A stretch of 24,000 nucleotides of DNA from Marinimicrobium sp. C6131 (GCF_026153455.1 NZ_CP110629.1:4042217-4066216); one strand, 5' to 3'; numbered from the stretch's first letter, positions 14,963 through 23,519 are shown. Made by a program: numbers and translations. Notes: generated from the sequence alone by a model not told the origin.

Positions 14963-15517
14963 TCAGCATCTTTTGTGCGTTACGTCGAGTAAAATTTCCC
15001 GGGTTTCACCTATATCAGGAGGGTTCACCCTGGATAGGGCAGATAGACAGAATTGCTCCGCAGCGAATCTTGCTACGGACAAATGATCATCCCCATCGGT
15101 ATGAAAGTGCTTTCGTAGAATGTTGTCAAACCAGTTTGCCCACATCGGTTGAAGCTCCGGATCGTTGAAGCAAAGAGCGACTAAAGCCGATCTCTTGTCG
15201 AGTTTTCCTCTCCATGCCGATTCTATTAGAAATTCGGTATAGGCGCGTGTAAATGATCCATATTCCTCTGGATCTTCGATCATGTATCTGTCAAGGTCGC
15301 GTTCGGCTGAGGAAATAAAATCATCAAAAATTGCCAGCGGGAGTGCTCGTTCATCGGAGAAATGGTGTAGAAATTCTCTCTCTGTGACTCCTGCTTCGAA
15401 GCACACATCCTGGACGGTTAACGATGCATTTGTAGGATTAGTCAATACTAAAGTTCCTGCGGTAATAATTTTCCTTCTGATAAGTTCTTTGTGGTCGTTT
15501 TGATGATATAGAATCAC
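14963..15517 (-). CDS. TetR-family-like transcriptional regulator (divergent), in an AT-rich patch
   Basis: GTG start at 15517 with GGAGGA 8 nt upstream. The N-terminal HTH-like segment ASLTVQDVCFEAGVTEREFLHHFSDERAL fits the TetR_N pattern. The C-terminal domain is unassigned. Confidence 0.6.
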   Translation of the reverse strand: MILYHQNDHKELIRRKIITAGTLVLTNPTNASLTVQDVCFEAGVTEREFLHHFSDERALPLAIFDDFISSAERDLDRYMIEDPEEYGSFTRAYTEFLIESAWRGKLDKRSALVALCFNDPELQPMWANWFDNILRKHFHTDGDDHLSVARFAAEQFCLSALSRVNPPDIGETREILLDVTHKRC

Positions 15518-15603
15518 CTATGTTTTCCTCCAATGCTCAATTGATCCGATATATTAATTTTCATGGATAATCTCCGGGCTTTCGTCATTGCTCTGGGGCT
15601 TAT

Positions 15604-16227
15604 CTATCTGTCTTGGGTGCCATCGCGAAAGGGTATTGAAGCAACTATCGGTACAGAATCGACTTTCTGTTGTATAGGCACCCAAATCTGTAGGTCGCCC
15701 CAGCCGGAATTAAGATCGAAAGACTCTTCGTAACGTTCTAGAAACTGCGGAACGTCTGGAACATGCCTCAACGGGAGTAGATTCAGTGACGGTAGGCTAT
15801 TGGAGAAAATCGCATGGGTTGTGGTCCTCAGAGCGGACAAATGTTTCTCGTGTGCGAACACGGCATAGTGTTGCGCGGGAATTGTCAACTGTTGCCAGTC
15901 CGAGTTGAGATGTTCAAAGCTCTCGACTTCCACGGCGGTTAGGTAATCGAAACCATCGGCTCCGTTCTTCGAATGCAGCAAGGCGCCATACAGGCGGCGA
16001 TCCACTTGCTCGGGCAGCCACCCCTGATAGGGCAAGAAGGTTTTCCGCAATGCCATAAGGTTGCTAAAGGGCAGCCCCTTCACCGGAGAGCGCAGCCCTG
16101 CCAGCTTAATCTCGGGCTGGTTGCGAATTTCTATCAGCCGGGGCGCCTCCGAGAGCGGGTCGCTCGGAAAGCGGTGGTGCGGAGATCGTTTAGTGTGCCT
16201 TCTGTGAGGGGTGGTGACGGGCATCAT
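15604..16227 (-). CDS. GyrI-like / AraC-effector-binding-domain small-molecule binding protein
   Basis: ATGATG at 16227 with GGAGA upstream. IEIRNQPEIKLAGL..., ..LTIPAQHYAVFAHEKHLSALRTTTHAIFSNSLP.. and ..LERYEESFD follow the two-repeat GyrI-like layout. It has a basic His/Arg-rich N-terminal extension. Confidence 0.6.
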   Translation of the reverse strand: MMPVTTPHRRHTKRSPHHRFPSDPLSEAPRLIEIRNQPEIKLAGLRSPVKGLPFSNLMALRKTFLPYQGWLPEQVDRRLYGALLHSKNGADGFDYLTAVEVESFEHLNSDWQQLTIPAQHYAVFAHEKHLSALRTTTHAIFSNSLPSLNLLPLRHVPDVPQFLERYEESFDLNSGWGDLQIWVPIQQKVDSVPIVASIPFRDGTQDR

Positions 16228-16260
16228 TGTCGTCTCCGTGCATCAAAGCGCTGTAGAGGC

Positions 16261-16311
16261 TGTTAACGGCGTTAACATATTAGTTCCAGTTTATTGGTAA
16301 CGGTGTTAACA
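16261..16311. promoter_or_regulatory. Twin 17-bp operator-like sites in the divergent TetR / GyrI-like intergenic region
   Basis: tgttaacggcgttaaca (16261-16277) and tggtaacggtgttaaca (16295-16311) differ at 2 of 17 positions. Each is an imperfect inverted repeat, TGTTAAC-N3-GTTAACA. The second abuts or overlaps the first possible start of the TetR gene. Confidence 0.6.
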
Positions 16312-17012
16312 TGTCAACTCTTTCAATGAAGAGTTGTGCCATGACCGAAGCGCTAGAGCTGTCTCCCGGGAGGCGGGAACGAAAAGAGAAACTGACGCCA
16401 ACTCAGATCGCGGAGGTGGCTCTGACGATTGTCGATCAGAAAGGCCTGGATGGCTTGACCATGCGAGCTCTGGCAGACGCCATGGGGGTGCAGTGCCCAG
16501 TGCTGTACCGCCTGATATCAGACAAGCAGCAATTACTGAGCGAAATGGCCGAGGTGATGGTGGGTCGGGTGTCACTTGATGACCTCGGTCACGGCGAGCC
16601 CTACCAGGACCTTGCAGAGAGCGTTCGTCGGATAAGGCTTGTGCTGCTGGAGCAGCGTGACGGGGCCCGAATTATCGGTGGCAGCTTCTGTGCCAAGCAC
16701 AACACCCTGCGCGCGGCGGAGGCCATGTTGGGATTGATGGCCCGAGTGGGCCTAACCGGCAGCCGCGCAATGCAGACAATGAAAACCATATTTAGCTTCG
16801 TACTGGGTGAAACACTTGAGCAGCAGGGCTTGCCACATGATGCCAAAAAAGCTGAGCGAGAGCTGTTAAATTCCGCGCGAGAAGCACTGGATGATCCCTA
16901 TTTCACTTTCTTAACCTTCGAGCTACTTGAAGATCACTTGTTTCAATTTGAGCAGTGTTTCGAGTCCGGGCTGGCGCTATTGCTCGCATGGATTCGTGAA
17001 GAGACGACTTAG
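16311..17012 (+). CDS. TetR/AcrR-family transcriptional repressor (TetR(class)-like C-terminal domain)
   Basis: LTPTQIAEVALTIVDQKGLDGLTMRALADAMGVQCPVLYRLISDKQQLL is a clear TetR_N HTH. The true start may be an in-frame ATG at 16326 or 16341, because the 16311 ATG sits inside the operator. Confidence 0.85.
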   Translation: MSTLSMKSCAMTEALELSPGRRERKEKLTPTQIAEVALTIVDQKGLDGLTMRALADAMGVQCPVLYRLISDKQQLLSEMAEVMVGRVSLDDLGHGEPYQDLAESVRRIRLVLLEQRDGARIIGGSFCAKHNTLRAAEAMLGLMARVGLTGSRAMQTMKTIFSFVLGETLEQQGLPHDAKKAERELLNSAREALDDPYFTFLTFELLEDHLFQFEQCFESGLALLLAWIREETT

Positions 17013-17084
17013 CAGGTATGCCTTGGAATGAATCAGGCGGCTTTTGGAGTTGAGCGGCTTGAGTGATGCCTCAAGCTCTCGGGC

Positions 17085-17171
17085 AGCTTCTGCACGTATA
17101 TCGGTTCCTTCATCTTGGTCATTTGGCATGCAGGAACAGTGGATGGGAAGGTGAGCTGGTCTGGCCTTTAA
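17085..17171 (+). pseudogene. Short 3'-end fragment of the 9702..10223 gene family
   Basis: The translation ..SFCTYIGSFILVIWHAGTVDGKVSWSGL* parallels ..ECFSDIVLATWHAGTDDAEAW.. (9702..10223 copy) and ..ESFSDIIIATWHAGTFDVEAW.. (17300..17734 copy). DNA around tggcatgc.ggaac also aligns by eye. An upstream in-frame stop lies at 17064-17066. Confidence 0.45.
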
Positions 17172-17299
17172 AGATAACCTAGCGTCGGAAGGGAAGTGGT
17201 CGAGTTCGTATGCTATTGCCAGGCCATGGGCGTCTCTCCCATTGAGGGGCTTCAGGCCGTATGGTCTGACTTGAGATCATAGGACCTAACTGAAGCCCC

Positions 17300-17734
17300 C
17301 GCCTGGTGCGCCAAGTCGTCAGATCAACCCCCCTCTCCGCAAAACTCACCACTGAGTTCCCCAGCTACGAGAGCCTGGGGGAGGGTGCCTAGTGTCACGA
17401 GCTGATAGAGCGTATCTACCACGCAGTCGTTGCCCGTACCAAAAAGCGCCTGGAGCATCTCAATCCTCGACGCTTCACCTACCCGCCGAAGTCGGCCAGC
17501 GTCAACTTGGCCCGGGAGCGCTTGCACCGCAACGACAGTGGTAAGCCGGTTTACGCGCAGCGCTGGTATCAGGAGAAAGACCACGCCGCGTTGTTCGGTT
17601 ATCCAGTGCGTCTGGGCGAAGAGTCCTTCTCGGACATCATCATTGCCACTTGGCATGCTGGAACCTTTGATGTGGAAGCTTGGCGTAAACGTTGGGCATG
17701 TGGCGGCGCTCCTCTACAACATGAGAAGACATAG
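17300..17734 (+). pseudogene. Decayed paralogue of the 9702..10223 gene (internal stop, 5' truncation, probable frameshift)
   Basis: The reading is ..TTEFPSYESLGEGA*CHELIERIYHAVVARTKKRLEHLNPRRF..KPVYAQRWYQEKDHAALFGYPVRLGEESFSDIIIATWHAGTFDVEAW... The intact copy reads ..TTAFPSYQSLGEGAWQHQVVERIYQAAIARTNSRLKHVAPRQY..RPVYRQRWYISKRDVALLGYPGRLGEECFSDIVLATWHAGTDDAEAW. TAG at 17390-17392 replaces the Trp codon. The first ~60 codons are absent or out of frame. The track ORF 17507..17734 is just its tail. Confidence 0.75.
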
Positions 17735-17740
17735 TTCGTT

Positions 17741-19135
17741 TCAGTCTTCGAGAAAGGTGAGCGTGAAAGTGGTCATGTTTCGCGCCGATGTTGCTTCAGC
17801 GCGACCGCCATGAGCCTCGACGATGGATTTGACAATAGCGAGCCCAAGTCCTGCGCCCTCGCTTTGACGAGCTCTCGACGGGTCGACGCGATAAAAACGG
17901 TCAAAAATATGGGGCAAATGTTCGGCAGGGATCTCCGACCCCGGATTTTGCACGCTTAGCGACACTTCCTGGTCTCCGGTCTTGGCCAGCTTCACCCGTA
18001 CCGTCTCACTCGAGGGCGAGAGGCGGATGGCGTTGGATAGCAGGTTGGAGATCGCTCGCCGCAGCATGGCCCGGTCACCATGAATGGTCGGTGCCCGACC
18101 TTCCAATATCAGGTGGATTTGCCTCTCGTCAGCCAGTGCTTCAAAAAAATCGAAGAGCGCATTCACCTCTTCTGCCAGATTCAGTGGTGTCTGCTCAGGT
18201 TTGAGTAGACCATGATCGCTTTTGGCCAGCCACAGCATGTCATTGACCATCTTGGCCAGGCGCTCCTGCTCCTCCAGATTGGAATACAGCAGTTCACGGT
18301 ATTCTTCCCTATCTCTGGCCTTTCCCAGGCCGACTTGGGTCTGGGTAATGAGGTTGGTGAGCGGCGTACGCAACTCGTGTGCGATGTCGGCGGAGAAGTG
18401 CGACAGGCGAGTAAAGCTGTCTTCCAGCCGACCAATCATGTGATTGAACGAGGCCACCAGGCCCTGTAGCTCCGATGGCACCAAGGCTGGATCGAGGCGC
18501 ACGTGGAGCCGATCGGCCTGGATATCACCGATTCTGTCAGACAATCCGCGCAGCGGCGCGTGGGCCTGATGAATGCCATACCAGGCGGCCAGAAGGGTAA
18601 TGGCGCCGGTGAGGCTCATGATCAGCCACAAAGTGCGGTGAAAGCTCTGGAGAAACTCCAGGTGGAAGCCCATATCAATGGCCGTAGTGATCGAGTAACT
18701 CCGGCCTCCGACCTCACTCTCAGAGATCACACCCCGGAAGGTCTTATCGCCTTCCTGCCAGGTTTGCACGTTGCCTGCATTGATTTCGGACGCTGGGAAG
18801 AGGGTATCGGATGCTTGCGACAGGTCGGCACCCGGCATGCTGTAGATAGCATCGCCTTGCTCATCCCGAACTTGGAAAAAGACTCCGTGATGTCCGGATA
18901 TGGCGTTAGCCAAGGCATCAGTCTGTCGTGCGGAACCGTTGCCACCGCTCTGCAAGGCTTCGACAACGGCTTCGGTCATTACGGCCAGTTCACCGGCATC
19001 CTGTTCGGCGAAGTGACGTTCGATGGCACTGAGAACGAGGTTCCCGATCAGGAAGAGGCTGAGCCCAATGGCCAGCCCCACAAACACCATGACCCGAGCG
19101 GCCAGCGACAGTGGTTGCCGATTAGTGATCTTCAT
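17741..19135 (-). CDS. copS: Heavy-metal (copper) sensor histidine kinase, CusS/CopS family
   Basis: Two TM segments flank a periplasmic domain. It has a HAMP region, the H-box [16 protein letters not shown], and the ATPase G-box [19 protein letters not shown] start at the ATG at 19135 ([11 protein letters not shown]..), which overlaps the copR end, rather than the track's GTG at 19171. Confidence 0.9.
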   Translation of the reverse strand: MKITNRQPLSLAARVMVFVGLAIGLSLFLIGNLVLSAIERHFAEQDAGELAVMTEAVVEALQSGGNGSARQTDALANAISGHHGVFFQVRDEQGDAIYSMPGADLSQASDTLFPASEINAGNVQTWQEGDKTFRGVISESEVGGRSYSITTAIDMGFHLEFLQSFHRTLWLIMSLTGAITLLAAWYGIHQAHAPLRGLSDRIGDIQADRLHVRLDPALVPSELQGLVASFNHMIGRLEDSFTRLSHFSADIAHELRTPLTNLITQTQVGLGKARDREEYRELLYSNLEEQERLAKMVNDMLWLAKSDHGLLKPEQTPLNLAEEVNALFDFFEALADERQIHLILEGRAPTIHGDRAMLRRAISNLLSNAIRLSPSSETVRVKLAKTGDQEVSLSVQNPGSEIPAEHLPHIFDRFYRVDPSRARQSEGAGLGLAIVKSIVEAHGGRAEATSARNMTTFTLTFLED

Positions 19136-19814
19136 CGTCGGTTTCCACGTCAAGTTTGTAGCCCATGCCACGCACGGTGTGAATCAGTTTGGGCTCGAAA
19201 TCATCGTCAATTTTGGCCCTCAATCGACGAATGGCCACATCAATCACATTGGTGTCGGAATCGAAGTTCATATCCCATACCTGGGAAGCAATTAGCGAAC
19301 GAGGCAACACCTCGCCACGCCGACGGACCATAAGCTCCAGAAGGCAAAACTCCTTGTGGCTGAGGTTGATTTTCTTCCCGGCGCGGGTAACGCGGTGTTT
19401 TGGCAGGTCAAGAGACAGGTCGGCAATCTCCAGTTGTTCCGACAGGGTAGGCGCGGATCGCCGGCGCAGTAATGTGCGTATTCGGGCCAGAAGTTCGGTA
19501 AAGGCAAAAGGTTTCACCAGGTAATCGTCGGCGCCCAGCTCCAGGCCCTTTACGCGGTCGTCCACAGCGTCACGTGCCGTTAGAAACAGCACCGGAGTCT
19601 GGCGGCCGGCTTCGCGCAATGACTGCACGATGCGCCACCCGTCCACATCTGGCAGCATGACGTCCAGGACTATCAGCTCAAAAGACTCCGTCATCGCCAG
19701 GTGGTGGCCGTCGAGACCATTGCGTGCCAGCTCGACCATAAAGCCGGCCTCGGTCAAGCCTTGGCGCAGATAGTCACCTGTTTTTACTTCGTCTTCTACC
19801 ACCAGCAGTCGCAT
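19122..19814 (-). CDS. copR: Heavy-metal response regulator, OmpR family (CusR/CopR)
   Basis: [72 protein letters not shown] is followed by a winged-helix domain ..[11 protein letters not shown]. It overlaps the kinase gene. Confidence 0.93.
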   Translation of the reverse strand: MRLLVVEDEVKTGDYLRQGLTEAGFMVELARNGLDGHHLAMTESFELIVLDVMLPDVDGWRIVQSLREAGRQTPVLFLTARDAVDDRVKGLELGADDYLVKPFAFTELLARIRTLLRRRSAPTLSEQLEIADLSLDLPKHRVTRAGKKINLSHKEFCLLELMVRRRGEVLPRSLIASQVWDMNFDSDTNVIDVAIRRLRAKIDDDFEPKLIHTVRGMGYKLDVETDDEDH

Positions 19815-19877
19815 GAAGCACCTCTTCTGATCCGTATCGCACGAGTGTAGCTGACTGTGTCCAACGACAAGGTTACA

Positions 19878-19903
19878 CGAACATTACAAAAATGTAATGT
19901 TCG
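19878..19903. promoter_or_regulatory. Cop box: perfect 11-4-11 palindrome between copR and the cop operon
   Basis: CGAACATTACA-AAAA-TGTAATGTTCG at 19878-19903, in the divergent intergenic region. CopR/CusR-type regulators bind palindromic boxes of this kind upstream of cop/cus operons. Confidence 0.7.
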
Positions 19904-19999
19904 AGTCATCTGGCAGACAGGGCCAGTTTGTTAGAGTGAGTGTTGGTTGTTGAAAACAGCAATGGCTGTTCACTTTCGTTCCAATTGAGGAGTTACCCC

Positions 20000-20290
20000 A
20001 TGACACACAAAACTTTACGTTGGTTGGCCGCCCTGCCAGCGCTTATTTTGGTCCTAGCCGTGCAGGCGCATGAGCCGTCGGAGCATATGGAGGAGGCCGA
20101 AAAGCCGAAATGCTCAGAAATGAAAGACATGGACCACGCCGAGATGGACATGGATGACCCGGTCATGCAGGCCATGATGAAGAAGTGCAAGCAGCACATG
20201 GATAAGAAGGATGCCGACTCAAAGGAGTCCGAGCACAAGCACTCCGAGTCCGATGACGACGCAGCGCGTAATTCCCAACACGACCACTAA
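20000..20290 (+). CDS. Small periplasmic Met/His/Asp-rich protein (putative copper-binding)
   Basis: ATG at 20000 with GAGGAG upstream; the track's 19940 start is less likely. Signal peptide MTHKTLRWLAALPALILVLAVQA/HEP. The mature part is rich in M, H, D, K and E (SEHMEEAEKPKCSEMKDMDHAEMDMDDPVMQAMMKKCKQHMDKKD..EHKHSE..SQHDH). It is the first gene after the cop box. Confidence 0.65.
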   Translation: MTHKTLRWLAALPALILVLAVQAHEPSEHMEEAEKPKCSEMKDMDHAEMDMDDPVMQAMMKKCKQHMDKKDADSKESEHKHSESDDDAARNSQHDH

Positions 20291-20307
20291 AGCATAAAGG
20301 AGAGCAC

Positions 20308-20868
20308 ATGGCGGCCCCTGGGTTTTTGTCTTGCACCAAGTGCCTGGTCCTTGCACTCGTTTTCGCCATAGCGGCGGGCGGGGCGTTCATCTACTCGGGC
20401 TTGTATCCCGTCGGTGCGGATGATCGGCACACCCCTCTGACCTACTGGGCGCTGGAAACACTGCGCGAACGCTCGGTTGACCGGGCGTCGAGCGGGATTG
20501 AAGTGCCCGCGGATCTGGACACGTCCGAGCGCCTGCTGGCCGGGGGCGCTGATTACAATGACATGTGTGCCGGCTGCCATCTCAAACCGGGCAAGGATGA
20601 GAGTGATTTCACCTTGGGCCTCAATCCCGCGCCACCGGATCTGACGCAACCGCATCAAGGGGAAGAGGATCTTGAGTCGCGGGCCCAACATAGGTTTTGG
20701 GTCATAAAACACGGCATCAAAGCCTCCGGCATGCCGGGCTGGGGTCCGAACCATGATGACGAGCGAATCTGGAGCATGGTGGCTTTCTTGAGACGCCTTC
20801 CCGAGCTGTCCCACGAGCAGTATCAAGTCTTGACTGCTCGGGGTTCCGCTGAAGCTCCTCATCATTAG
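20308..20868 (+). CDS. Membrane-anchored c-type cytochrome (cop-operon associated)
   Basis: AAGGAG RBS. It has an N-terminal TM anchor, the heme-binding CAGCH motif (..YNDMCAGCHLKPG..), and a distal Met-ligand context, IKASGMPGWG. I prefer it over the antisense 192-aa ORF. Confidence 0.8.
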   Translation: MAAPGFLSCTKCLVLALVFAIAAGGAFIYSGLYPVGADDRHTPLTYWALETLRERSVDRASSGIEVPADLDTSERLLAGGADYNDMCAGCHLKPGKDESDFTLGLNPAPPDLTQPHQGEEDLESRAQHRFWVIKHGIKASGMPGWGPNHDDERIWSMVAFLRRLPELSHEQYQVLTARGSAEAPHH

Positions 20869-20939
20869 CTTGGGCTACCGCCTGGTGGGCCCTGGAGTCA
20901 GATCCATTTTGCGAGAGTTTACAAGAGTCAGGAGGTTGC

Positions 20940-22718
20940 ATGATGGGAAAACCGATAGAGGCGAGCCGTCGACGCTTTATCAAATCGGCGATCGGGGTGG
21001 CATCGGCCCTCGCTATGGCCAGGATGGCGCCGACCTGGGCGTCTCCCCTGGGACGAAGCTATGGCGATGTGGTCAACGCTGGCTCTGCGATCGATTTACA
21101 TATTCGCCGGGAGGAGATGAACATCGGTGGAAAGGTCGGCAGACCAATCACCATCAACGGAAGCATGCCCGGGCCGCTGATCAGGCTCAAAGAAGGACAG
21201 AGAGCTCGCCTGAACGTCACCAACTCGCTTGCTGATGACACCTCAATTCATTGGCACGGCATCATTCTGCCCGAGAACATGGATGGTGTGCCCGGCGTGA
21301 GCTTTCCCGGTATCAAACCAGGAGAAACCTTTCAGTACGAATACGACGTTCAACAAAATGGAACCTATTGGTATCACAGCCACTCGGGACTGCAGGAGCA
21401 GTTGGGGCACCTGGGGCCACTGGTGATTGATCCGGCCGACGGCGATATAGGCGCGGACCGGGAGCATGTGATCATCCTGAGCGACTGGACTTTTGAAGAC
21501 CCTCACGAGGTATTCCGCAACCTGACCGTCGCGGAGGGCTACTACAATTACCAGCAGCGAACCTTGGGGGACACTTTTGCCGATATCCGCCGTCAAGGGC
21601 TGGCGAAAACCTGGGAACAGCGGTCCATGTGGAACACAATGCGCATGAGCTCCCGGGATTTGCTGGATGTGACCGGATCCACCTATACCTATCTGATGAA
21701 TGGCCGTGATAATGCAACAAACTGGACAGCGCTGTACAAGCCCGGCGAAAAGGTCCGGTTGAGAATCATCAATGGATCGGCCATGTCGTTTTTTGATTTT
21801 CGCATTCCGGGCCTTGAGATGGTGGTGGTCTCCGCCGACGGTCAACCGATCAAGCCAGTCACAGTCGATGAATTCCGTATCGGCGTGGCGGAAACCTACG
21901 ATGTCATCGTGACGCCGAAAAGCGACCGGCCCTATACGCTGTTCGCGGAGAGTATGGACCGCAGCGGTTATGTCCGGGGCACGCTCGCAACGGAGGTGGG
22001 GCAGCAAGCACAGGTGCCCGATTTGCGGCCGGTGCCCGAGCGGGGTATGGCGGCCATGGGAATGAGCCACGATATGGATGGCATGGATATGTCGTCTTCC
22101 AAGGGCGATGAATCCGGTATGGGGGGCCAGCATGAGATGCACGGTGACCATGGCGGGGGTATGGCGGCATCTCAACAACGGCCTTCGGCCCCGGATCTTG
22201 GCATCGAGCACGCGCCGGGCGGCCATGGTCCCGCCGCAGCGATGATTGCTCGCAACCCGGTCAGCCGGCTGAATGAGCCTGGCGTTGGTCTTGAGGATGT
22301 GGATCATCGCGTTCTGGTCTATGGCGATCTGATCGGCGCTCATCCCTGGCCAGACGAGAGGGAGCCGGAACGGGACATTGAGCTTCACCTTACCGGCAAC
22401 ATGGAAAAATACATGTGGTCCTTTGATGGTGTGAAGTTTACCGAGGTCGATGGCCCTGTGGAGTTCAACCATGGAGAGCGCCTGCGTCTGATTATGGTAA
22501 ATGACACCATGATGGAACACCCGATCCATTTGCATGGCATGTGGATGGAGCTTGAAAACGGCCAGTATCCCCGTCCGCGCAAGCACACCATCAGCCTCAA
22601 GCCCAGTGAGGTGGTCTCGTTGCAAATCAGCGCCGATGCGCCCGGCAGCTGGGCCTTTCACTGCCATCTGCTGTACCACATGAAGGCAGGCATGTTCCGC
22701 GTCGTCAACGTCAGCTAA
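20940..22718 (+). CDS. copA: Copper-resistance multicopper oxidase CopA/PcoA
   Basis: Tat signal SRRRFIKSAIGVASALAMA. Copper-ligand motifs are HWHG, YWYHSH, HPIHLHG and HCHLLYHM. It has the Met/His/Gly-rich insert MAAMGMSHDMDGMDMSS..GMGGQHEMHGDHGGGM typical of CopA/PcoA. Confidence 0.95.
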   Translation: MMGKPIEASRRRFIKSAIGVASALAMARMAPTWASPLGRSYGDVVNAGSAIDLHIRREEMNIGGKVGRPITINGSMPGPLIRLKEGQRARLNVTNSLADDTSIHWHGIILPENMDGVPGVSFPGIKPGETFQYEYDVQQNGTYWYHSHSGLQEQLGHLGPLVIDPADGDIGADREHVIILSDWTFEDPHEVFRNLTVAEGYYNYQQRTLGDTFADIRRQGLAKTWEQRSMWNTMRMSSRDLLDVTGSTYTYLMNGRDNATNWTALYKPGEKVRLRIINGSAMSFFDFRIPGLEMVVVSADGQPIKPVTVDEFRIGVAETYDVIVTPKSDRPYTLFAESMDRSGYVRGTLATEVGQQAQVPDLRPVPERGMAAMGMSHDMDGMDMSSSKGDESGMGGQHEMHGDHGGGMAASQQRPSAPDLGIEHAPGGHGPAAAMIARNPVSRLNEPGVGLEDVDHRVLVYGDLIGAHPWPDEREPERDIELHLTGNMEKYMWSFDGVKFTEVDGPVEFNHGERLRLIMVNDTMMEHPIHLHGMWMELENGQYPRPRKHTISLKPSEVVSLQISADAPGSWAFHCHLLYHMKAGMFRVVNVS

Positions 22719-22727
22719 GGAGGAATC

Positions 22728-23477
22728 ATGAGAAAATTGAAAGTCATTATGACTCTGGTGCTGGCAGGAGTGTGCGGTCCGGTGTGGGCGGGCCACGCCG
22801 AAGACGACTGGCCCGAGCCTGTCAAATCCTATCGGACCGGCCAGATTCTGTTTGATCGGCTGGAGGTCAGCCGCACCGACAACGACGAAGACGTGCTCGT
22901 CTGGGATATGCTGGCCTGGTACGGTAGCGACAGAAATCGAATCTATTTCAAGAGCGAAGGCGAAAACCAGAAGGATGATGGCGAGCCCACTGAGCTGGAG
23001 AGCGCGGAGGTGCTGGCCAGTCGTCTGATTGCCCCGTTCTGGGAGCTACAGGGGGGTATTGGTACCCGGGGGTCGTTGGCGTCGGGGGCGGAGCGCGAGA
23101 ACTACCTGGTGTTCAGCCTGTTCGGTGTGGCCCCCTATCGGTTTGAGATGGATAACTCCATTACGGTGAATGAGGATGGCGACATCGCCGCGACCATTGA
23201 GGCCGAATACGACCTGCGCCTGACCCAGGTGTCCTACCTGCAGCCGCGTTTGGAAGTTGCCGCCGCATTGACCGATGCTGAAGCGTACGATCGCCCCACC
23301 GGATTGAATGATATTCGTGTGGGATTACGCTATCGGTACGAACTGTCCAGAGAATTTGCTCCCTACATTGGTGCCTATTGGAGCCGCCCTCTGGGGGACA
23401 AGGCTGACCAGATACGTGCCGGAGGCGGAGACGACTCCGAAACCGGCCTCGTCATTGGCGCTCGCTTTTGGTTCTGA
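22728..23477 (+). CDS. copB: Copper-resistance outer-membrane protein CopB/PcoB (short form)
   Basis: AAGGAGG RBS and a signal peptide. The conserved run is ..ILFDRLE....D....WD...WYG.D.NR...KSEGE......E..E...L.SR.I..FW..Q.G.. with a terminal ..GARFWF. It lies directly downstream of copA and lacks the long Met-rich N-terminal region of some PcoB proteins. Confidence 0.9.
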   Translation: MRKLKVIMTLVLAGVCGPVWAGHAEDDWPEPVKSYRTGQILFDRLEVSRTDNDEDVLVWDMLAWYGSDRNRIYFKSEGENQKDDGEPTELESAEVLASRLIAPFWELQGGIGTRGSLASGAERENYLVFSLFGVAPYRFEMDNSITVNEDGDIAATIEAEYDLRLTQVSYLQPRLEVAAALTDAEAYDRPTGLNDIRVGLRYRYELSREFAPYIGAYWSRPLGDKADQIRAGGGDDSETGLVIGARFWF

Positions 23478-23519
23478 TTTCATAGAGTAGATAAACCAAC
23501 TTAACAGCCCGGAGGCTTT

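Noticed and set aside
17507-17734. 75-aa ORF as a functional small gene
   Set aside because: It starts at a TTG and is simply the tail of the pseudogenised paralogue, whose upstream homologous part is interrupted by TAG at 17390-17392.
18503-19333. 276-aa plus-strand ORF antisense to copS/copR
   Set aside because: It has no motifs, and the opposite strand encodes a complete canonical two-component pair.
20287-20865. 192-aa minus-strand ORF opposite the cytochrome c gene
   Set aside because: The plus-strand ORF has an AAGGAG RBS, a TM anchor and a CxxCH heme motif, and it fits the operon direction.
21243-22796. 517-aa minus-strand ORF antisense to copA
   Set aside because: It is a His/Arg/Pro-rich mirror frame. 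The plus-strand CopA has a Tat signal and all four copper-ligand motifs.
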